A stretch of 50,982 nt of DNA from assembly GCA_020536535.1 (NCBI GenBank), contig JAHLWZ010000908.1, positions 1-50,982 of the forward strand. The letters run 5' to 3'. This DNA is from Pelomyxa schiedti (lineage: Eukaryota; Protista; Evosea). Shown here in pieces: positions 41,307 to 50,982 of this stretch. How positions within the stretch are numbered: position 1 is the stretch's first letter; the number at the start of each line of letters is the position of its first letter. Under the pieces are notes generated by a model. That model saw only the letters and a program-made list of their open reading frames with translations. It did not search any database and was not told where the DNA came from. A program made the position numbers and the translations under genes.

Positions 41307-41585
41307 CAATAAGTTTCAAAAAAAAATCATTTGTGGAAAAGAAAAAAAGAAATTCAAATGTGTTATCTGATAGCTTGATGGCTTCTTTTCTTCGTGGTTC
41401 TTACAGTTGAATTTATTGTTTCCTCCATCTGCAGTTGCAATTGTTTTCTCCTTATTGCTCTTTATATTTCGTAGATCTTTTCTTTTCTTTTTAGCAGTCT
41501 AGTGCACCCACTTTCGTTTTTTTTTTCTTCACACTCCCCTTTGGTCGTATCCCTCGCGGATTCATCCACACTTCGACTGCTCTAA

Positions 41586-42452
41586 ATGCCTCCTAAACTT
41601 GATCCCAACGAGAAGAAAGAGAGTACGTTCCGCATCGCCTCGTTCGTTTTTTTTTTTCTTGTATCGTATCGTTTTCCCCTCCAAACGTTCCCGCAAACCC
41701 TCGTGTTTACGAAGCGACACCATCGCTTTTTTTTTTTTTTCTGTCGCTCGCTTTCGGTCACTGTTCACTAATGCTGTTCTTGCTCTTGTGCAGTTTTGGT
41801 CAAGGCCATCGGTGGTGAGGTCGGAGCAGCCGCCACACTTGCCCCCAAAATCGGTCCTCTTGGTCTGGTGAGTGTGTCCTTTTTCTTTGTTTTCTTATTT
41901 ATAACTCGTGAGAGCTTACTAACTGGTTTTTTTTTCCTCGTGCAGTCCCCCAAGAAGGTCGGAGAGGATATTGCCAAAGCAACACAGGACTGGAAGGGAC
42001 TGAGAGTCACTGTGAAGCTTATCGTTCAAAACAGAAATGCAACAGTCGAGGTTGTACCCAGCGCTTCATCGCTGATCATTCAGGCCCTTCACGAGCCAGT
42101 CCGCGATAAGAAGAAGGAAAAGAACAGTGAGTAGCAAACGCCTCCCTTAACTATAACGAAATTAAGTTCTAACCTTCACATACCACTCACAGTTAAGCAC
42201 TCTGGCGATCTTTCCTTGAACGATATCATCGAAATTGCCCGAAAAATGAGGGATAGGTCCCTTTCCAAGGACCTGGTGAGTCACAACCCCATTTACTATT
42301 CCGGTGGGGGTACTAATGCTATCCAATAGAAAGGAACAGTCAAGGAGATGCTCGGCACCTGCACATCCATTGGCTGCACCGTTGACCACAAGCACCCAAG
42401 AGAGACCGTCAAGGCCATCAACGCCGGAACCGTCGACATTCCAGACATGTAA
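41586..42452 (+). CDS. RPL12: 60S ribosomal protein L12 (uL11), 5 exons
   Basis: [28 protein letters not shown]|[45 protein letters not shown]|.KHSG..|[18 protein letters not shown]. Confidence 0.97.
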
Positions 42453-42956
42453 ACGACATACAATATAACCAGTGCTTTGTGCTCTTCATTCTTCTGTTCT
42501 TTAGAAAAACAAGGCAACAAGATGAAAGAAGTTTTTCTTCAGTATCCTACTCCCCCAGGGAACCTTTTTTTTTTTCTTCTTTCAATGCACATCGTTTCCC
42601 CAAACAAAGAAAAACTGAAAATGAACAAACAAGAAGCCAAAAACCGGGTCGTGTGGGGTCACCAGATTTCGGTTCGGGGCAGTACCCTGGCTTTGGGTTC
42701 CATCAAAGGACACTAACAGAAACCTTTCGTGGAAACCCCCAAATCTGTATTTGGTCAAAACAATAAAAAAGCCCCGAACAAGGGGAAGCAACAAAGTGCT
42801 TTGAACGCACTCACCGTTTCGCGGTGACACCTTAATCTCCCGGCTCCTAATTCCCAATAGTCGAGTGTGCCTGACGCACCACGAAAACACAACCAAAAAA
42901 AAACCTAAAGCATAAACAGTCCGTAACAGTAAGAGGCATCCTTGGTATTGTGAAAG

Positions 42957-45900
42957 ATGGCAGATCCAGAGCCACACCGGGAAGAGGATTCAAAAGACTC
43001 ATCTTCCTCACAACAGCAGCAACAATCACATGCCCCACCTCAAACAACACAAGCACAACCACTATCAAGCCCGGAACAACAACCGGCAACGCCAAGCCCC
43101 ACGATGACACCCCGCGGGAACCAAATGAAAACACCGCACGTGTCTTCCTCGGCAAGACGTGGTATAGAGGAAACATCACCAGAACCAGAAGACCGTCACC
43201 ACCGGCACGGTCGCCACAGGCACCATCACCACCACTTACATGACAAAAAGCACGATGACAGCAGTATAGATGACTCAACTTCACCCGAACGATCACTTGA
43301 ATCCGCAACAGCAGAACAAAGCCCTAATGCTAAAGACACTAGTGGCACATCACCCTCAGAGGGAGGAAGTGACTCCTCGAAGAACAGCCATAGAAGACGC
43401 CATCACAGTGTTTGTAGTATGCAATTCCTCTCCCATCCCTTCCTTTTTGGCAGGGTTGCGCCTAACCAGCTGTTTTTTTGTCCATATATTTGGTCTACAT
43501 TCACCAGATGTTGACAGCGAATCTTCTTTCGGTTCTGGGAGGTCCACATCTTTATCAGTCTCTGAGACATCATCACCTTTGTTATCTGTAATTTCCTGTG
43601 GCGCTTCGCTTGCTGTTCCTAAGAGCAGTCACCTTTCTGCTTCTGCTTCTTCATATACATCACAAACGAATTTGTTGTCACCACCAACACCATCTTATAG
43701 CATGTCCAGTTTGCCACGTCCTTTGAAAGGTTCATCTTTAAGGGAAGCCACATCCGACTCGGCTGCTGTAACGCTCACTGTTCCTCCTACTCCTATTATC
43801 GCCACCATGCCTCGAATCAAGTCGTTTGATTCATTTTCCTTTTCTACGTTACAAGATACACCGCCTTCTCAACAACTCGTACCAGAGCCAACCACAAACT
43901 CCGATTCTCAGTCCCTTAGAACATCAGCCAAGCTCTCCACTGACACTGTAACTACGCAAACAACCCAGCTGTCATCACTAGAATCTACACACCAGAACAC
44001 TACATCCTCTGCTCCGAGCATCTCCCCTCCTGGGACTCTTACTCCCCATGTTCACACACCTTCTCCTCTCAGCACGTCACATAGTGGTGGCTCCGCTGCA
44101 CGTAGTAATACAACTTCACCACCAGGATCACGTTCCTCTGACTTTTCTCCAAATTCCCTGAATTTCCTCTCACCCCCCTTGCCATTCAGTAGTACCACAA
44201 GTGTCAGTAATGGTCTTCGAGCTCCAAGGTCTTTGCAGCCCCGTACTGCAGCTCCACAACCACTTCCAATGCCAGTGGCGGCACCCACACAGGGATTATC
44301 TAGCAAGTCACCCGGAATCCGGCGTTCACGTGTCACTATACGGCCCTTTCCTGTTTGTGGAACAGCATCAAGCCCACCAAAAATTCCAACGTTGGACTCC
44401 ATTGTCCCAAAAGGGGAAGTCCCTGTGGCTGTATTGACTGTACCTGCGGATATGATAGGAGATGGCATTAGTGAAATGCATCACACAGGAATGTTTGTGA
44501 TGTGCCCATCATGTCGTGTAACATCAAACTTGAATGATACTGGCCTCATGTTCGTAGTAGGTGTGGTGCAACTCTTTTGAGGCCAAACCTAATTAATTTC
44601 CCTTCCAGCACACAGGAGAGCTTGTTCTGTGGATCAATGTTTGTTCCTTCATGCTTTTCCCAGTTTCACTTACCTAACTTTTAGATTCCCCCTTGACTCA
44701 AGTGAGCACTAAAACAACAAAATGAAGTAACAAAACCACATAGCAACACTTTTTTTTTTTTTTTTTGGTAACAAAGAGGTGACACTCACTTCTTTTAGGG
44801 TGGTGAGTCCGACGGAGCACAACCTGACTCTCCTATGGTAACACTTAAGATTTATAACTTTTAAATGTAATCTTTTACAATGCAGGTACCTCCACTTTCA
44901 CTTGCTGTTCCCTCACGAATAGGATCTCCACCAAATAAGCAATCTGGAAAGATCACTACCACTTCTACCACAACTACAATCAGTTCTCCCAGGCAATCAC
45001 GTGAGGGGTCTGACCCATCTGATGTATCGGCTCCTTCTTTTCAATTTAAAGTTGACTTCACATTTTTAGCCGAACAAGAATGACCCTTCAAAAACGGGGG
45101 ATGGGAAAATGGTTAGTACCTTTGTGGAAGAAAACATTTAATGTTGCACAGAATTTCAAGAGATTTTTCTCAGTCATGGATAGGAAAAAGTCTGGCAAAG
45201 GTTCTCTCAGTTCCAATTTCGATGCCAGCACTCTGATTTCTTGCAACTCTCCATCCCCTTCTGTGAACATGCTAACCTTACCTCCCCAATCGTCGCCAAG
45301 TCCCTCCATTAACAGCGCATCCTTTATCAACACTATCAACACTCTCAACACTCTTTCAAGTGGCACACCCCTCATCCCATCGTCAACACCATCTCTTCCC
45401 CCAATGGTCAAACCTCCAAAACCGGTAGGGTTTAACAGCCTTTTTGTTTGGTTAACTTGACCCAGGAGGAACCAGAGGAAATTATGCCCGATTACAGTTC
45501 GGATTCTCGATGGTTTGAACTTGGAAAACCGTTCACACCAGAAAACAGCAAATTTCTTGATGTTGAAGATGAAACAGGGAGCAAATGCAAGCAACTTCAG
45601 GGGGCTACCTTATGTAAACTATTTTACCATTTCACAAATGAAAGCTATAATCCAAGTAAATGTGAATTTCTACTTTCCTCTTCATCAAACAAACACAGAA
45701 AAGGACGACTTTGAAGCAGGAGCTTTTTTGCTCACATATCGTGTATTTACAACTGCTCTGGATTTAATGGATCTATTGCGTCTAAGGTTGTTATATACTT
45801 CTAATGCCTCATGTATTTATTTGCTATCCTAGATTTTTTGCACCACGACCAGCAAACATGACATGGCAAGACTTTAAAACACAGAAGTTGGCCTTTATTC

Positions 45901-47572
45901 GAGTCAGGTAATTAAAGTTTCTATGCAACTTTTCTTCTATGCAGCTTTTCAATACAACAAACAAAAATCCAACTCTCCAAATATCAGGTGTCTCAATTTA
46001 CTGAAGTTGTGGTTTATGCTCTGTCCTGATGATTTTTGCAATCCAGAAGTGGAAGAAAAATGCAAGCAGCTTATTGCTGAACTTGCTGCAAGAATGCCAT
46101 CGGCTCTGTCACTACTTACTCTTTTGAAAAAAGCGGTAACTGCCTACACTGAAATAATATCTCCTTTTTAATATCTTCAAAAGACGTCAGGTTCGTCGCA
46201 TGTCAATGCAAATGTTGGAGTAGCACAACACCTTCCTCCACCAATAATTTTTGAGGAAATGTCTGCTACCCCTAATTTTGACGACATGCATCCTGAAGAA
46301 GTATGTTCTACCGTCACCGAATTTGACCTGTTGATTCTTTTTAATGAACTTTTTTTTTTATCAAACTCAGGTTGCACGCCAAATGGCTCTGATAGAATCC
46401 GAAATATTTATGAAGATGAAACCATATGAATTTGTATATTATGTAACAGAAAAGAGAAATCCCGACAAAGCTCCACACCTCAACAGGATGGTGAAACTCA
46501 CAAATAGGGTAAAGCAACACAAGCCATGGTGTTGTTTAATTTTCTGCAGCACTCGAACTGGGTTTCCACGGAAATTCTCCAATCGCCTGATATAAAATCT
46601 CGCGCTCTTCTCCTCAAGAAATTTATATGCATTGCAGAAGTGTTCTTCATACCTTTTTTTTCTTTTTTTTTGACCACAGTGTAGCATTGCTTTGCTATAC
46701 ATAATTATCACGCTGTAATGGAGATAATGTCCAGTCTACAAAGTTCAGCTATACATCGACTCAAGTCCACTTGGGCTGTGCGATTTTCTTCCTTTTCTTT
46801 TCTTTTGTTGATTCTTTTTAGTTACTCCCTGAACAATCGTGGGAGACTTTTGAAAAACTTCAAAAATTTGGCGATGCCACTGGCAACTTCCAAAATTATC
46901 GGACAGCCATCCAGGAGGTTCTCGGTTCTTACCATGCAATCCCTTGTATTCCATATATTGGTGCCGTTCACTTTCTTTTTTTTTTTTCCCCTTCAACTTA
47001 CTTGTAACAGGTCGTTATATAACAATGTGTGTATTTACAAACGAAGGCAATCACGATACTATTGATCTTCCTACTGGAGAAAAGTTAATAAATTTCGCCA
47101 AGTGGAGATTGCTGGCACTCCCACTGAGGTTTAATTCTACTTTACTTGGTTCCTTGCTTACCCCAAAAGGGAAATTGAGAAATTTCAAAGGACCGAGTAC
47201 CACTTTGTTGCGGTTCCCTTCATACAAGACTATATGCAACAGTGCAACGTTGTAAACGAAGAAGAAGAGCTGTACAGGATGAGTTTGGCAGTAGAAGAGA
47301 TACGGAAAACAGCAAGAGGTACTGCCGGAAAACCACCAAAGGAATTGGACAAGGCACAACGGACTGTCATCGAAAAAATGTCAAAAGAAATACTAAGGTA
47401 AGAGCCCACCCCCTGAGGAAAAGACCCCCCACTGATTCCCTCTTTACCTCAATGCCACAGGGAAGACAAAAGAAAGATTCAGAAAAACCCCACAATTGAA
47501 ACCAAACGATTACGGTCCTCATCAAGCGCCAACGTGACAGAAGCAATGAGGGATCGGTCTAGCTCCGAGTGA
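42957..47572 (+). CDS. RasGEF (REM + CDC25 domain) with long S/T/P-rich N-terminus
   Basis: REM motifs GATLCKL, FLLTYRVFTT and RCLNLLKLW..PDDF. CDC25 motifs HPEE|VARQMALIE, NWVSTEIL, LHNYHAVMEIMSSLQSSAIHRLKSTW, PCIPYIG and EGNHD..LINFAKWR. Linkage of the 5' low-complexity exons across 44500-44880 is uncertain. Confidence 0.85.
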
Positions 47573-47764
47573 TTTTCCTATGAGAATAATTTACCAGTCC
47601 GTATCTTGTGCCTCTTGAGGAGACACAACCAAGGGACCTATACAAACTGTATAACCAAAACAAACAAAAAAAAAAAAACAAAAAAAATTAAATTGATTGT
47701 ACTGCACGTTTTTTCCACCGTGTGCACCTTTTGTGGCCGTTGTTTTGGCTTTTTATTCGCCAGG

Positions 47765-49521
47765 ATGCAGACGGGGTTGGACCGCATTTTATTGGAAGGA
47801 GTAGAATGGGCTACTGTGTTGGGTCATAAAGTTGGTCTGTTGACGAATGCAAGCGGCAGAACCAGCGCCACTTTCTTGTCAACTTTGGCAGTTCTTCGCT
47901 CTGTTGGGGCAAGTTTCCGACTCGTTTGACATTCGTCGTTGCTACATTATGAAATGTGGGAGGGGTGCAGGGGCATGTGAAAGTGGGAATGACAACTTAT
48001 ACATACGAAAGGTTGAAGTTGTTGCTTTGTTTGCACCAGAACATGGACTTGCGGCTGCAGTGCCTGACGCGACGCACGTGGGCTCCTATGTTGACAAGGC
48101 TACAGGGCTGCCCGTTTATAGGTTAGTTCTAGTAATTCTGAATGAGTGTTATTATTGTAGTGGTGACATGCTATTAATCAGTCTGTACGACCGTGCGACG
48201 AGAATGCCAAATCGTCAACATCTGCAGGGTATTAATAGCGTTATCTGTGATATACAAGACGTTGGAGTCAGATTTTACACTTTTGTGTGGTCACTGTACT
48301 ATACAATGGAGGCTGCAGGTTCATGATCCTTGGATTTTTTAAGCACAATTTTTACTGTAACTAGCCGAGGGGGGAGTAGAAGTTATAGTGCTTGATAGAC
48401 CGAATCCTCTTGGAGATGGTGTAGCTGGTCCTTTACTTCTTCCAGAGTTGCAGTCCTTTGTCGGGTTGAAGCCACTTCCGATACAGGTGCGACGAATTTG
48501 GGGAATCCTATTGCTGACCAATTTCAGCACGGACTCACTCTAGGGGAATTGGCACTACTAATGAGGTCTCTGTGGGTTCCGCGTTGCAGAGTACGTATAG
48601 TTCACTGCAATAACTGGAGCCGGCAACCCTGGGAGGGGACAGGTTTCCTTTACATATTTTTATTCTTCGTTTAGATGTGTGGTTCTTTGTAGGACTCCAT
48701 TGGGTTCCACCTTCTCCAAATATGCCTCACATTTCCACAGTGAAGCAGTATCCAGGTATTATTTTTACTCTGTAATGGACTTTAATTACTTGCCCAAGGT
48801 GCCTGCTTTATCGAAGGAACAAACCTATCTGAGGGAAGAGGCACCCCTTTACCTTTTGAAATCACCGGTGCACCCTGGATTGATTCCGAGAGTCTGGCCT
48901 CAACACTAAATGCAAGTTCCTGAAATGTAGCACAAAATTCAACTCACATTCCCAAAGAAACTACTATCTCAGTATGGTTCCGTTATCCGGCCGCATACAT
49001 TCATTCCCACCGCAAGTAAGTGGACAGGTGAAGAGTGTCAAGGTATTTAGCAATTTCTCCGTTTTCCCAAGTGATGCTAACTTCACCGGTAATGGTTCAT
49101 TTCAGGGATTCAGGTCTACATTAACTCTTCAGCCCTTTGGGACCCGATTTGCACATGGTTGTGCATAATCTATGTCATCATGTGCGCTCATCCCGGTCAT
49201 TTCTCTTGGCTTCTTCCCAATTCCTCTGGAGTGGAAGCTGGCACTGAGTGAGTTTGTGAATTCATTCCTTACCTTATATGGTTTCCTCTGAGATCACATC
49301 TTGCCAGTTACCACTTTGATAGACTTGTTGGGACCCAATTGGTCCGAGCGGAACTCGAATCTGCCAGGACCAATTGCACTCCACCAGGTGAGATTGTATC
49401 CCAAATTCACCGTGGGTGGGCCAGTGACTGTGATCAATTCTGTGCTCTCAGAGCTAGGTTCCAGATATATCACAAGTCTGGAGCCTTGAACTCCACAATT
49501 GATAGAGATTCACTCATCTAA
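47765..49521 (+). CDS. namZ: Exo-beta-N-acetylmuramidase NamZ (DUF1343/YbbC, GH171)-like, intron-containing
   Basis: Motifs TGLD..KVGLLTN, LFAPEHG, TGLPVY|[69 protein letters not shown] and the C-terminal W....F...R..F.IY. Confidence 0.93.
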
Positions 49522-49811
49522 CAGCACTGTGTGCCACATCCTAAGGATCAGAAGAACTCATAGATCTCCTCGTTACCTTGATTTTCACATGGCCGAAAAA
49601 CCAAGTGGAAGGAAATTTCCGGTAGGGAAACATGATAGACGGCAAAGAAAAGTTTGAAATTTGATGGAAGCTGAAAGAATGACGCCAGGCGTTCCACAGA
49701 AATTACCCTAAACCGAGTTGCTTTTTTTGAAATTTTACTGCCTACCGCCCTATTTAAAGGACTGCCTACCGTGTCCGCCTATCATAATTTTTAAATAAAA
49801 AAAACCCGCCA

Positions 49812-50682
49812 ATGTCTGCGACAAACAAGTCTAGTAATTTGGAGATCTTCGCTGGGGTCGACATCGCCCACTTGGTCGAAGCCGAATTACCGAGTGTATT
49901 ATCACTTGTATCATCTTCATCTTGGTCTCGCGTTACGAACAAGGTACCTTGTCGCCGCTCGTTTGTTTCTTTTTTTTCCTCCGTACTCATCGTAATGCGT
50001 AGAACGACATTACAGTAAGCAAACAGACCGTGAATGGCCGAACCGCATTTTTGACACGCTCCGTGTTGCCTTTCGCGTTCTCGGACGTTGTGAGAGCAGT
50101 CGTGGATCCCAAGGAACACAAGTTCTACGACAGCGCTATCCTGAGCTACGACGTAATCCAGACCCTTTCGGATTCGGAGTCTTATAAGGCCGACATTGTT
50201 CGTCTCGTTAGCGCTCCTGCAGCAAGTAAGGCTTTATGAATCCTAATGTGTTAGGTTCCTAACTGTCTAACCCAGGAGGGATGATCGCTGCAAGAGAATT
50301 CGTTGACGCTCGAATCATAGTGCCCATTCAGGACGGCATTGCCATAATGCAGAAGTCCATTGACTGTGGCCCTGTACAAGAAAACAACGAGGTGATAGTC
50401 CGGGGTTGGACCTTCCCTTCCGGCACAATCATCTATCGCCGCAAAGATGGAACAACAGAAGTAGTCGAACTTGTTAACACTGACTTGAGGTTGGACCCTT
50501 TCACTAACTACTAGTAGTACTTACCCTTTCCCTATAGAGGCAACATACCTGTGTGGTTGATAAACAAAACCATGCCCACTGTGCGGTGTTCCCTGCACAC
50601 CAAACTCTTCGAGTACCTCTCCAATGCCTCTGGGTCCTCTAGTTCTACAAGCAGCAGTGAAGGCGAGGGTGACAGTGAGTAA
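49812..50682 (+). CDS. START (StAR-related lipid transfer) domain protein
   Basis: W..V..K|NDITV, then MIAAREFVD.R, VRGWTFPSG and TDL|RGNIPVWLIN. Stop TAA at 50680-50682. Confidence 0.85.
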
Positions 50683-50982
50683 ACACAATTCAGGTGATTT
50701 TGGAACAGCCAATCAAGTGGTGGAAATCCACCTCAACACAGCCACCTGTAGTTTTAGACCCACACCACCTTGTACCATCGAATAAAAATTTTTGTTTAGC
50801 CTCTTCAACCTTCCTTTTGTCTCGCCTCCTTGTACCAAAAAGCTAACGAAACTAACCTGTTTTTGGGTATTTGTAAATATTTGCCATATCTTGCATCATG
50901 TGCTCTTTATTTGGTGGTGTGGCGTTTGTTGTTCCCTCCGAGGGTGGGTGGCCCCTACTATTCGCAACCTCTTACTTCTCCC

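Noticed and set aside
41623-41793. Possible snoRNA in the long first intron of RPL12
   Set aside because: No convincing C/D (RUGAUGA/CUGA) or H/ACA arrangement is visible.

Overview
This is gene-dense eukaryotic genomic DNA: about 20 protein-coding genes with many short GT-AG introns (mostly ~40-60 nt), short intergenic spacers and GC/CpG-rich 5' exons. Gene content suggests an amoeboid protist. An archamoeba such as Pelomyxa is my inference, not a checked result. In order: a partial ORF, CCCH zinc-finger protein (-), DOCK-C/D (zizimin-type) GEF (+), degenerate ankyrin-repeat protein (+), RING/B-box/FN3/Gly-rich TRIM-like protein (+), a hidden spliced ~68-aa membrane microprotein (+), MORN-repeat protein (+), WD40-kinase-SAM protein (-), secreted/ER CxxC protein resembling the HRC Cys-rich domain (+), ALDH3 (-), small membrane protein (+), transportin-like karyopherin (+), polysaccharide pyruvyltransferase (-), ARM-DH-PH RhoGEF (-), R3H-RRM protein with an inserted domain (-), atypical Rac (+), RPL12 (+), RasGEF (+), NamZ/DUF1343 exo-muramidase (+) and a START protein (+). 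I saw no rRNA, tRNA, CRISPR array or recognisable mobile element, and no clearly co-functional multi-gene system. The best leads are single-gene novelties: the TRIM with an apparently circularly permuted ALK/LTK-like Gly-rich domain, two intron-containing bacterial-type glycan enzymes, a stand-alone HRC-like domain, a predicted GTPase-deficient Rac, and a recurrent intergenic TAGATCT motif. Exon structures were spliced by eye, and family assignments come from remembered motifs, not database searches.
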